Assembly: GCA_039545335.1 (NCBI GenBank)
Contig: BCIN01000006.1
Span: 806,001-870,000, forward strand
DNA from: Kondoa subrosea
Taxonomy: Eukaryota
Direction of reading: 5' to 3'
DNA length: 64,000 bases
The notes beneath the pieces were generated by a model. It saw nothing but the letters and a program-made list of their open reading frames with translations. It was not told the DNA's origin and made no database searches. Positions 1 to 12,382 of the stretch are shown here, piece by piece. Position numbers and translations under genes: made by a program. Position 1 is the stretch's first letter; each line of letters begins with the position of its first letter.

Positions 1-1487
1 TTCTTCTTGTTCAGGGTGTTCGATGACTTCAGGTATAGTAACAATGACTTGAAACGGATCAATTTCTTCTACATGCATAGCTTCATCTTCATTCTCTTCT
101 TCTTGATGCAATTCATCCAAATCAGGCTCATCTTCTGAAGAAGGAGAATTAGAGGATGCTGTGAGATCTTGTTGCATCGGTTTTGCTTCTTGCAAAGGAG
201 AAGTCAGATCTAACCTCTCTTCTTGTTCTTCCTCATTTTCTTTCTTTTCAACTTTCGAAGAAGCAGAAATTTGTCTTGCTCGCATACTCTTTTCCAATTC
301 CGCAAATTGTCCTCGATTCTTCTTCTCATGTTCTTGTAAATCCAGCTTCTCGCCATTAGCATTGACATAAGCTTGACGTTCAGCTTGCAACAATTGGACA
401 CGAAGATCTTTCAACGGTTTGCGCAAAGATTCGGAAGCGTCCAGATTAGCATTGTGTAGATTGATGTACTGCTTGTGCCTTGTTTCAAGTTGATCTTTCG
501 AAAGGTTCTTGTCTCTTTTGGAGTCGTACAGTTCCAGATCCTGTTCAGTTCCGCCAAAATATCAGTATGAAAAAATACCATAGAGTCAAGCGTATACGAA
601 CGCTGAGTAAATCGCGCAAGCCTTGAAGATTCAACATGCTGTACATAGGTTTCGAGATCCTTTTAGCCAGATCAACTCCTCCTTTCTTCTTCGATCTGTT
701 GGAGGAATGCATAACTATCAGCATATAGCTTGATAGCTTGAGCACTAGTACCAACTTTGTTCCACCAGTCATCATTGCCGAAAAAGCATCTCCGTTCTTA
801 GCTTTCTTACTACTGCTTGCTTTAGGTTCTGGATGTGCTCGAGCGAGATGGGATAAGACTTGTTCGTTCCGCATACTTTCTTGACAAACAGGACATGCAA
901 CGATAGCTTTAGCTGTGCTCACCCCAATCTCTAATTAGCTCAAGGCTAATTTGGAATAGTGATAAACGCACGATTGGTAGGATCCACAATCATTTCAATA
1001 TCCGAATCACTTCCTTCTTCTTTAGCTTTCCCTTTACTCTTCTTCTTCTTCTTATCAACATCAGAACTGTCTGAACTTTTACGTTTCTTCTTGTTTGCGG
1101 CGGTTGTATTACGTAAGACCAATAAATCAAGTAAAGCAGGACGAGCTTCCTTCCAACGAGTGACAATCTCTTCTACTACTGGTAATCGTTTAATGTGCGA
1201 ATCGTTTGCTTTCACAGAACAGGAAGGACAAGAATCATGAGATTGCAAAGAAAGGTGTTCTCGAATGCACTGTTTGCCAATATCAGTCAGCTTTAAACAT
1301 AACAGCGACACAGAATAGCGCAACATACCTTGGAACAGAAGGAATGAGAACAGCCAGAGAGCAAGACTGGCGCTTGATAGAATTCTTGACAAATCGTGCA
1401 TCGCAATGAACGATCCAAAGCTGCTAAAGCTGGCAAGTTGAAGTCTTCAGGTGAATCCACATCCATCAAAGCAAGACCTGGCGCCAT
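1..1487 (-). CDS. RAD18: Post-replication repair E3 ubiquitin ligase Rad18 (spliced; 3' end runs off the window)
   Basis: ATG at 1487; RING finger LRCTICQEFYQAPVLLSGCSHSFCSK|CIR...CPSC; UBZ finger VACPVCQ...HL; SAP-like YSMLNLQGLRDLL; then INLHNANLD. This is the Rad18 domain order. Confidence 0.93.
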
Positions 1488-1728
1488 CGCTTGCGCGCGA
1501 AGACTTGAGTATCGATGTTTGAGTCTGAGGATCGCAAAAAGAAAACAGTCGGCTGTTATGCGTGTCAAAAGTGGAGAGACAACAAGCAACGAATTCTATG
1601 CAATCAATGCAGACAATGCTATGCAAATATGCTCTCTACGGGAGAAATAAAGGAATGTGGGTTTACTATGTAAAGGTTAAGGGGAAATGCGAACGTCCAT
1701 ATATCGTCTTTACTTCCTCTGCATACGC

Positions 1729-2962
1729 TTAAGCGAGAGCGTAGCCAACCAATCCGGTCAGAGCGACGAGAGAGCCAGTCAGGGTCAAAGCTGAAGCTCC
1801 AGATTCGGGTGTCCTAGATAAGTGTGATCAGGTGCTGACACATAGACACGGCAAGTTGTGCACTCACTTGGATGCAGCAGCGGCGGCAACTGGTTTGTTG
1901 GTTGCCGCTGAGCCTAGATTGCAAATCGGCATGAGACTAGCATGAGCTATCGGAAATTCGTCGAACATACCGACTGAACTGGCTCCTGCAGATGAAGCTC
2001 CTGCTGCTGCTGCTTGAACAGCAGCCGATTGAGCACCGGCACCGCTTCCGCCCGCTGGGGCTGCACCTATAAAGAGGAAAGAGAAAGAGAAACGTCAGTG
2101 TCCAAGTCTGCGTTTTGCAAAACGAGACAGCTCACCAGCACCGGCAGCGCCAGCTGAAGCTACATTGCATGTGCCAACGCCAGCACCTAGATGAGGCTGC
2201 ATCAGAGATTGCGATTGGAGATTATGGATTCATATCGTACCGACTGTAACAGCATCTGAATAGTTGACCTGCGATACGCTTAGCGGAATGTTGATGAGCA
2301 TACATGCAGGCATACCTCTCCGGTGCTATCGGTTACAGACACTGTCACAGAGGTGCCTAGAGGAGGAAGTAAGTCGCAGATCAGGCTCAAATCAACGGAA
2401 GAGCTTACCTGCCGCAATGTCAACAGTCCATGTCATGCTCATGTCATTTGTAGAAGGGAATTGCTTGAGAGGAGTTCCAGAAGGGTTTGACTATTATAGA
2501 AACGCGAAAATCAACAACGGTAAACAAGACTGATGTGTGACCTACACCGGCTGTAAGTGTCAACACTCGCGTTAAGTATCTATTACACCTGTGCGTGAAC
2601 CGAGCTTACGGATGATAGCAACGAAGAAAGGACCTGATACGTCTAAAATCAGTCCACTGCATCATTGATTGGCTGTAATCTTACCAGTTCCATCTGACCA
2701 AGCCAATCTGATAGGCTGGCATGCCACAAGTCTGTATCACGTATATAGAATAGAGGAAGAGAGGTGAGAAAAGAGGAAGGCGAAAAGAAAATAAGCGCGG
2801 TCCCCTTGCGTGGGTGAATCATCAACTAACGACATGGGAGTGCTAGGCAAACTACGGATCAGTTCGGAGTGCTATGCTCTGACAGGGAGAGCCTTACTTG
2901 ACTGTGAGTGCAAGAGCGCTGGTCAAAGCTGTTGCGAGGAGAACGATGGATTTGGAAAGCAT
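1729..2962 (-). CDS. Secreted, probably GPI-anchored Ser/Ala/Gly-rich cell-surface protein (multi-exon)
   Basis: Signal peptide MLSKSIVLLATALTSALALTVN; LVACQPIRLAWSDGTGPFFVAIIPG...MTWTVDIAAG domain typical of basidiomycete GPI proteins; Ala/Gly-rich linker; hydrophobic tail SGASALTLTGSLVALTGLVGYALA* (TAA 1729). Confidence 0.8.
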
Positions 2963-3265
2963 TTTTGTGTTTGGGTCGTTATATAAGGGTAGATATAAGA
3001 GATTCTGCTAGAGTGTGTCTGTTTGGAGAGCTGTAAGAGATAATATAAAAAGTTGTGATGGTTTCAGAAAGAATCGTTAGAGACTGGATTAGTTCGAATG
3101 CGCCGGACATCCGAACCCCCGAGTCGTTGGAAAGGAAAGTGACAAGCAGGAACAAGGCCTTACTGTCTGCACTAGTGTCTGCCTTTTCAGAGCAGATGCA
3201 AAGCTCTTCCTCACGTACAATAGAGACGCGTCTTCTCTTGTTTACAAGGACCCTAGTACAACATT

Positions 3266-6200
3266 TCATACATACAAATTACACCCAACAGCCTCATCTA
3301 CTTGCTTTTTGACGTGATCGAAAGCGATGTACCAATCCTTGTTCTGGCTCTTCTTGTCAATCGTCCATTTCCACCATTGCAAAACAGAGGTGACCTTCTC
3401 CAAATTGGCTCCTCTTGCTCCATCTTTCGCGCAAACGACCAAGTAATTACCCAATCTATCTCGATCAACGACTTCAGGTCCATCTTCTGCATCTCTTTCG
3501 ACCCATTTCTCAATTCGTTTTCGAATATCTTCAACAGCTACCAGTTTACCAAACGCAGGTTCTGGTGGAATAGGAATATCGAAAAGATCTTGTATGGGTA
3601 CATCAGCGTAAGAAGAAGATTGTTTGAGGTTCCGATATTTCAATCGTTCTCGAGCCAATTCAAGATTTTCAGCTTGTTTCTGTTCCATTGCCATAGTTAG
3701 GAGATCTAATTGAACATCCGCTGGCATCTGATGATAATCTTCAGGAACCAAACCATGTTCAATCAATTCCGCATCTGTTACTTTCCCTCTTCGCAACTGT
3801 TTACTGATCGAAGGTTGCCATTTCAATTGTCCGGTAAATCCAATGGTCGTTTGGATATTGGGTTCTGCTTTCCCTTTACCCTTCTTGAGTCCTTTCTTGG
3901 TCTGAGGTAAAGCCAGAGTAGGTTGTTTAGTCATCTTCTCCTGTTTGACTGGTGCGGGTGGTAACTGAGCAGAGGAAGCGCGTTTCTTGTGCGTCTTCTC
4001 CACAGCTCCGGGTGATCCAGAAGGTGATCTAGATCGTTTCTTGTCTCTTTGCCCAGCAGGAGGCGGAACATCCAATAAAATGACATCGGAACTTTCAGCC
4101 ACTAGAGCAGGTTTCGATTTGGATGATTCAGCTTTTGAGGTGGTTCGAGCGAAATCAAGTTTTCGTTGACCTTTATCGACTGTGAGATCTCGAGCGCCGA
4201 AACCTTCGAGCTTTTGCATCTGAATACCAACACCACGTAGATCTTCTGGCGGGATATGCATGGTTTTGAGTAGCTTCAAAGCGACTGCAGCAATGACTGC
4301 TCCGTCGTCAGTTGCTTGAGGAAGATCATGGGTCGCGTTATGATGGTCGACAATCCCATGACCCATAAACTTGTAAGTCGTTTCTTCAGTGATGTGAGCC
4401 GCTTTCTGCATGATCTTGAGAGTAAGCTTGCGAGCAGTAACTTTGATCTCTTTCATTCGCTCAGCCAGGTGCTGACATAGTCGATTGAAGAATGTCTAAA
4501 AATCACATTAGCTAGACTCGAAAGTGCCTCGGCAGCAGCTCACTTCAACTTCTTCGTCCGATTTCATCCTAATAGCGTAATTCAACTCGACTGAGACAGA
4601 TTGACGAGGTCCAGGTGGTTCTAGTGGTCTGGGATCGATACCCACAGCGAAATCCATGATTCTTTGTCCCGTCTTCTCGCCCACACAATCTTGTAGTTTA
4701 TGTAACCTTGTTCTTCTCGCTTCGCCTAGCGTCTCAATCTTTAACTCTTTCTTGAGCGCTTCAGCAGTCTTCCAGCCAATACCAGGCAATTCTTCAACAG
4801 ATAAAGGCGATAGAAATTCCTTGATCTCCAGATCTGAAGTATCGCCCGGCGCAAGGAAGAAAGAACCAGCAGGTTTAGCTTTCTTAGTGGCCAAGCGAGC
4901 CAGAACCATGTTATAGCTGATACCAATCGAAGCATCTACACCGGTAACTTCTTTGATCTTGGCTCGAAGAGTTTCAGCATATGCTAAAGGTGTAGGTTTA
5001 TCGTATCTTTGATCGAGAGAGACTTTCGAGGTGACATCGATATAGGCTTCATCAACGCTGACTGGTTGAAGATGATCGGCGTGAGCGAGAAGAAGTTTGT
5101 AGAATTGTTCAGAGATAGAAGAGTAGAGCTCGAAATCGTACGGCATGACTTGAATAGCTGGACAGAGTTGACGAGCTTTACCAAGACTATTGTAGCATAT
5201 CAGCTTCAAATCCTCTGGTAGAGCATCTTTCACATACCTCATGACTGCTCGTACTCCAAATTCTCTCGCTTCGTAGCTGCAACAAGCGATTTCCGAAGTG
5301 GACCCCTCGCCGTCCGCACCTTTCGAGTGACAGACAGCAACCGGTTTGCCAATTAGATCCGGTCTAGCTTTATAGCCTACGCTGACGAAGAAAGCATCAA
5401 AATCGACATGAGCAATCACTCTCTTGTCTGAAGGAGTACCGGTAAAGTTGCCAGAGGGTTTAGCAAGCAAAGAATTGTCTTTCGAAATAGCTCCTTCCGA
5501 TATCAATTCTGTGATTAAGCGAGCGACAAGAAATTGTAGATTAGCCTTCCAATTGCTAAGATGGTGCAATCGAGAAGACTTGTAATAGCCTTCGATGAAA
5601 TCGGGTGCAATGGCTGTATTTTTCATTCGCCATTCTTCATCTTTCAGCAAGTCTGGAGCCCGATGTGAGATCCGATCTGGCAAATAGGGAGATCGCTGGG
5701 TTGTGGAATCGGTAGTAGCTGGACCTTGCTTTGTCGGGGTACTAGGCCTGGGCTTGTCTTCCGTCTTTGCAGGCTGAGCGAAAGTAGACGGACCGGCTTG
5801 AGTAAAGTTCTGAGTGAAAGATGAAGAAGAAGACGCCTTGTGATGAGGATCTTGACGTAGACCAAGCAGATTCAGCTGTTTTACATTTGATCCTCCTGGT
5901 ACTTGACCGTCAAGCAAAGCATCCGCCTGAGTGGCCATACTATAGCCTTCAGGTTGTAAGCGATAATTGGCCCAATAGAGTTGTTTGCCTGCAGCAATGC
6001 TTTCCATAATCCATGCTTCGGTTACAACTTTGTACTCTCTGAACTCTTCAAACTTCTTAGGCGTAAGATTGCTGGCGATGATGTGGGTGACAAGAGATTT
6101 CTGCTCTCACGTTAGGCCTTGTGTATTGAGAAAGAGATCCGACCTACCCTGTCTAGAACTGGATGCGATTCTCCGCCGTAAAGCACGATTGTGTCCACTA

Positions 6201-6624
6201 GCGTCTGATAAGGCATGTATGTTTGTCCATTGATGTGCTGTGCAGTAATATGAGGATGCGAGTAATGCAGTTGAAGTCGTAGCTTACAATTCGGACACCT
6301 CTGAAGATCTGAGGTTTGGCTTCTGCTCCATTGATTGTCGCTTCATCGACTTTGCGCTGTTTGTGTTGAAGCTGTGTCTTGACTCGTTTCTATTGCGTAG
6401 CCATAAGATCTGCCCCTTGTCAATCGAGGAAGACAGGCTTACGTTACCCAAGTATTTGCCAAACTCGCCAAACTGGACAACAAATCAGCCTGAGTCTCCA
6501 ATGTTATGCATCATCGTACTTGGATGGCTCCATAGATAGGATTCTCGAGGTAATCTATCAAGCCTATGAGCCCAAACAGTTTTCGCATTCAAAGCATAAC
6601 AAGCCAACCGCTCTCGTCGGCCAT
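3266..6624 (-). CDS. REV1: Y-family translesion polymerase / deoxycytidyl transferase Rev1
   Basis: N-terminal FGEFGKYL and BRCT (VTHII..NLTPKKFEEFREYKVVTEAWIMES); YYKSSRLHHLSNWK; IAHVDFDAFFVSV; SEIACCSYEAREFGV; VSVDEAYID; DLRGVGIQMQKL. Start inferred at MADES|DY (6624). Confidence 0.95.
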
Positions 6625-6870
6625 GCTTTGGATGGCTCGTGGTATATAGACAGGGAGACAGGGTATACAAGCGATAGGTATGAGCCAAGCTGGAGGCCTT
6701 CACTGGTAGAACATTTTGTAAAGCATCGATGTTCGAGAACAACAAAGGTCGGAATTGCATTAAGCACAAAACATGGCATTGTTGAAGATCTGAGACTGAT
6801 CTGAGCAAGAGCTCGAGTACATGCTCCAGCCGCTCTAGTCATGCACTACATATCCAATCCGCCGGCCGCT

Positions 6871-7629
6871 TCAAGCTTTTAAAGCTGAATAAGCTGGCAA
6901 TTGTTCTATCTTCCCATACCTCATAAACTCCTACATCTCATGAATCAGCTACCTGTATCATGTAGATTAAGAAGCAAGAACTCACCTCTGCATGCTCTGC
7001 AATTTCTTCAGCCTCGACAGATCCTAACCAATCTCGCACTTCCGCTTTCCTCTTCCCGTACAACAATTCTTCAGCTACGGCAGAATGAAGCACTCCAAAC
7101 CAATTGGGTTGAAGACCAGTTGAAGTTTGAATGATTAGAGGTAAATCGTTATTTGGGCAGATATGAGCCTGTACGCCAACACAGAATTAGTCCAATGCAT
7201 ACGAAAGGGAAAAGAGGCTGCTTACTTCGGGGAAAGGCGAGAGTTTGCGGCTTTTCAACATTGCTGCTCTGGCACATATGCCTGATTGAAGAGAAACAAC
7301 TCGATTAGATAAGTTTGGTTGATGATGAAAGGAAGACTAACGAAAAACTTGAGTCCACTGAAAAAGAATAGGAGATAAGTTATGCTACAACAGAGATAGG
7401 TCAATGTAGCACGTACAGCAGTCACACGGATATCGCCAAGCATTGATCCACCAGTCTCATTCATCGCTGCAAAAGCACGCTTGTCCCCCTCTTCAATCTC
7501 CTCCTGAAGTTTATCCATTACTTTCTGAGTGACCGGGCTTTTGATGTTAGGTATACTATAGCATTCCGTTCTCGCGTTGTAGGTCATACAAATTTCGGGT
7601 TCATATTGACGGAAGAGGTTGCAGAACAT
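6871..7629 (-). CDS. Uncharacterised protein, member A of a three-gene family in this window
   Basis: Spliced reading MFCNLFRQ...TYNARTECY...IRVTA|WTQVFRICAR...|...QPNWFGVLHSAVAEELLYGKRKAEVRDWL...HAE|EFMRYG...KA*. Aligns with the genes at 19102 and 22336 and shares intron positions with them. Confidence 0.65.
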
Positions 7630-7864
7630 CGTTAGTACTGAAAGAAAGAATGTACGTCGGAAAGAGAAGAGATAGCTGACAGAGATGTAAGCTCTTGTTT
7701 TGCATCATGATCAAGACTGTTGGATTACAAGCTGGCCATCCGCACGCGTGTCAGACGCGAGAACAAGAGAAGTATAGAGGAAGATCGGCGGTACGGATGT
7801 AGTACAAGAATCGAGTCAGGGCTGATGATCCACTCTTGACGACATGACTTTGCGTAAAGCATGG

Positions 7865-8700
7865 CTAATTCGGCGGATCGGCACGTGCAGCTTCGCAGGT
7901 CAATTTGTGCGTAGGCCAATCTGCTCTTTGACATGCTGGTATATCACTTAGTCAGCTGAAGACTTTTGAAGACACTCTACGGATCCTCACTTCGATTGCA
8001 GTAATAAATTTGGAGTTTGCAGCTACACCGTTTCTTGACGCCTTCGAAGCTATTACAGTACTGACAACACCTTTTCAGACGACAACGCTGGCTGAGATCG
8101 GAAACGTTGGATCTGCCTTCAGCCAATTGACGTTCATTTCGAGCCACTGCCGCAGGAAGGCATGACGGCTCGGGTGTTGCGCAAAGTGGCGCTAGAAGGA
8201 GATCCGAGCATCAATTTTTGATACTTTCCAGAAGTATAGCGGCATACAGATATAGATATACATGGTCCATTGCATTGTCCGTCCTTGTCTTTCCGGTAGC
8301 TGCAGGCAAATGGCAATGAGAAGGCAGGCTTTGAGCAGCCGATGCATAGACATGGACTCTGCGAGATCGAGCTCCATAGGTCGTCAAGATGTCTCTTTAG
8401 ATGCAAGCCAAATAAGCTGAGCGATCATCGAGACATTGGAAAGTTTACATGAGCCATTAGCTGACCGAGCTTCGCCATAGCTTGAGCCTTCTCCCCGAGG
8501 TCGGAAGGACGCTTGATTGCGAAAGGTTCTTCTGAGCTTCCGTTCTATCAAAGCAGTTTCACGAGAGGACTGAAAGGGCAGCAACAAGGACAAACTGAGA
8601 GAATCACAGTCGTGGGCAAGCCTATCTTGAATGTAGAGTGACTTTCGTGATTGTGTTCGTCCGATAAGTAGACCTGTACAGTGATGGACATGGAGGACAT
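7865..8700 (-). CDS. MYND-type zinc finger protein
   Basis: Spliced C-terminus CCQYCNSFEGVKKRCSCKLQIYYCNR|TCQRADWPTHKLTC matches the zf-MYND pattern; TAG at 7865-7867; start MSSMSITVQ (8700) inferred. Confidence 0.75.
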
Positions 8701-8945
8701 GCTTTCTAATGATGTCGGTGCAGAACTCTTAAAAGGGATTCGAGCAGATGGTTTGAGCAGGCTGTAATATGGTATCTCTAGCGCAGGTATCAAACAAGCC
8801 AGGTATACTCGGATGTGGTGTGTGTGCTGTGGTTGTCCAAAAGAACCATTGTCGCATAAATTTCGAGTCAATCCCAATTAGAAGAGATTACTCGCGAAGC
8901 TCAGGCAAGCACTACAGCAGGACTTGAAGAAATACACCTGTCGCA

Positions 8946-10392
8946 ATGAGTGAAGGCAAAGCAAAAGTGGTGCCAAATGGGGATTCCCAGCAAGCGCAGA
9001 AAGCAAGCACGCGGGCTGCGGTCAAGCAGATGAGTAAAGCGGACCGACGCGCGTTACAAGAGCAGCAAAGAGCAGCCAAACAAGAAGCAGCTGCCAATCC
9101 GCCCGCTCAAGCAAATACAACGGCCAGCAAGAAAGTTACATCTCAGCCAAATGCACCTGCTGCAATTGTGCAGACTGCTGCTTCTACTTCTGCTTCTACT
9201 CCTTTTACTGCTTCTAACCTCTTCAATCACTTATCCATATCTTCTTCAACTCCATCTTCGAGCAAATCTCTCAAATCAGAGAAAGACGTTCATCCGGCTG
9301 TAGCCAAACTAGCATTACAATGGGCCGAATTCAAAATCGTAGGAGCGAACGCAAGATGTATCTCAATGTTGGAAGCTTTCAAATTGGTCATTCGGTCCTA
9401 TGTTGTTCCCTCTGGCAATGTCTTCGCTCGACATCTTCCTTCCCACTTATCTCCTCAAATCGAACACTTGTACAAACATCGATCAAGAAGTTTAACATTG
9501 GGTAACGCTATAAGATATTTGAAGTGGGAAATTGCTCAAGTTCCTTTGGAAATGGATGAAGAGGAAGCGAAAGATTGGTTGATTGAAAGAATAGATTGGT
9601 TCATTAGAGACCGAATTGTCGTTGCGGACAAAGTCATTGAGCAACATACTTTGAGCAAGATTCATGACGGTGACATTGTTCTCACTTATGCCAGGTTAGT
9701 ACATCATGCGTGATAACGAGTTGCATTATGCTAAATCATGTCAAACAGATCGTCCGTCGTAGAATCTTCACTAATAGAAGCCAAAAATCAAGGCAAACAA
9801 TTTTCAGTCATTGTCGTCGATTCAAGACCAATGTTGGAAGGGAAGAATCTTTGTCTTTCGCTAGCCCAACACGATATTTCAACAACTTATGTTCTTCTTT
9901 CCGCACTCGGTCCAGTTTTGCATAACGTTTCCCTCGTTCTACTCGGCACTCATGCACTTTTATCGGATGGAGCAATGTTTTCAAGAGCTGGTACAGCAAC
10001 AGTCGCAATGATGGCAAAAGCAGCTGGGAAACCTGTCGTTTGCTTATGTGAGACATACAAATTCACAGATCGAATTATGTTGGATTCCATAGGTGGAAAC
10101 GAACAGGGTTAGTACTTCTTTCCGCATCGCCTTCTTTCTCGACTCGATCTCATCATTGGGCATAGGATCAACTGAAAGTCTACTTCCGTCTGATCCACCT
10201 TCCCTCTTCGACTTAACGCAAACAACAACAGCAACGAAACAGAATATCCCTAATTTATCTATCTTCAACTTATTATACGATGTTTCAAGACCGGACGATG
10301 TGACTTGTGTTATAAGTGAAGCGGGACTGATACCTGTTAGAAGTGTACCTGCTATATTAAGGGAGTTTAAACCTTTGGCAAATGCAGCATAA
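8946..10392 (+). CDS. GCD2: Translation initiation factor eIF2B delta subunit
   Basis: MSKADRRALQEQQRAAK; VHPAV; IVGANARCISML; LGNAIRYLK; VIVVDSRPMLEG; SRAGTATVAM; CETYKF; LLYDV. Two introns. Confidence 0.95.
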
Positions 10393-10654
10393 ACTAATGG
10401 GCTACCTGAATTGACTATTTACATAGCCTTACATATTTATGAGACATGTGTATATACTGAACGAATGGAGAAGCTGAACTGCACGTGGAAAAACGTATTG
10501 CATACAAGCCCAATCTTGGCCTCTTGAAAGCATTTTTTCAGAGTTGCTTGTTGAGCAAGATTGAGGCTAGCTCATTTCTCGAAATCCTGATGAGCTCTGA
10601 TGATCACAGATCAGCAACTTGCACACGCAAGCAATTGATAGTTGCCAGTAAAGC

Positions 10655-12167
10655 TCACTTTCCGCCCAAACACAGATGCATCCTGTACGCTCTTTCCGCT
10701 TCCGCATCACCGTCAGCATCGAAAATCATCTGCACGTCCCTTATTTCCGTATAGCCTTCAGCCATTGTAGGACGTTGGAAATCGCGTTGAAAATCAATGA
10801 ATGCTTTTAGTGGAATCAAAAGTCTCGGTATCTTATCGCAAGAATCAGCATACTTCTCAATCATGTGGTGAATTAGCTCACCTCTTCATTGACTATAGGT
10901 TTGGCAAGAGCTCGATAGAGGTTATTGTGCCATGCTAATTTCGCATTGAATTCAAAGACGAAAACTCTACAAGCGACATTGTTGGCTTTGCAGAGATCCA
11001 AGTAGCGTTTCCTAGTCTTGATATCCCGAGAAGTGTTATCGACCACACAAGATTTCTCTTCCTTGATACATTGTGCTACGAGATCTAGACATGCAGCCCA
11101 ACTGTGACCTTTGATTGTATCTTGATTGACATGCACATATTGTCTTCGATCGAAATAACGTTTGAAAAACGAAGTCTTGCCGCTAGCAGGAAAGCCAACG
11201 AACAGGACCACTTCTGGTTTCAACGGTGGTTGACCACGTCTTGGTAAAGGAGCCACAATAGGAGAATTGGAAGGTCGAACAAGAGTCCGAGTATCGTCAT
11301 TAATGATGTCCATGATATTTAAGCCTCGAAGCTTATAAGGTTTGGGTTCTTGTTCGAGAAAGTATTCTTCAGGTGTGAAGAAAGGTATATCAATGTTGAG
11401 AGCGAACTTCCTATCCGTATCTGAATGATCTCCCATTCTGCCAGCAGCATCTCCAACGTAGTAGCTATTAGCAAGCTCTACATCCGTTCCTGTTTCTTCT
11501 TTGTATAGTGACCACATTCCGATTTGTGGCTTTCTATGACAATCTTTTTCGAAAGCAGCAAAGATGTAGAAAGGGACTGCAATAGCAGGAGCGATGATTT
11601 TCAATTTCTGCTTAAAGTGTTTGGCTTGATGCGAATCTTGCTCATAGTTCTGATTCGAGAAGATGACAATTTGATAACCTTGAGCATATACATTCTTGAT
11701 CTTCTTTTGGACCGAATGATGCCAACTAAGAGGGTGTCATGAGTTTCTGGGATAGCAACGTGAATCAAAACTGACAACATCCAGTCCTCAGCTGCTCCTG
11801 GTCTCAGATTTCCACTCTTCTGCTTGATAAGAGTTCCATCCAGGTCGAAAGCAGCAATCTTGCGTCTCTATGAACCTCTAAGCTTGAGCGGATCTTCAGA
11901 ACAATGCTGATGATATCACGTACCTTGTGATCTGGACTGCCATATTTACCATATAAGCAAGTCTTTGGTCTGCCGGCAGCTCCAGCATTCTCGAGCCAGA
12001 CGAAAGCTTGTTTAGCTGGCTGAAAAAGCGAGAACAGGGGCGCTTGCTCCAGCTTTGGCTGTTTGACTCGATTGGCAGCAGCAGGAGATGATAGAGCACC
12101 TGTTGGCAGATTATATCAGAGCCATAGATAGCACTTGATCGACGGAAATACGTTTGACAGAAGTCAT
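10655..12167 (-). CDS. PNK1: Bifunctional polynucleotide 5'-kinase/3'-phosphatase
   Basis: HAD motif IAAFDLDGTLI; IVIFSNQ; RKPQIGMW; YVGDAAGR..DHSDTDRKFA; kinase P-loop VGFPASGKT; VNQDT; VDNT. Confidence 0.95.
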
Positions 12168-12382
12168 TTCACAAATTTCTTGGGATATAAGCCTCCACCT
12201 GTGATATGTAGGTATACGTGTCACTTTTGAGCTTCAGGTCTCAACCTGAGAAGGTCGACGTTTGGTGGAAAGAGGCGAAACACGGTTGCACGCGCAGAAG
12301 ACGCGCCAATTTCAAAGCTCTACTACAGCCCTACGGCTAAAAGATTCTACAAACAGCTGACCATCCATTGCAAGACGACTTA

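Noticed and set aside
6379..6804. 141-aa plus-strand ORF
   Set aside because: Antisense to the REV1 first exons and promoter, non-ATG start, no recognisable motifs.
7629..7867. Readthrough or fusion of the MYND gene into family member A across TAG 7865
   Set aside because: MYND domains are commonly C-terminal, and the ATG at 7629 aligns with the paralogs' starts and has a similar pyrimidine-rich leader, so two separate genes are simpler.
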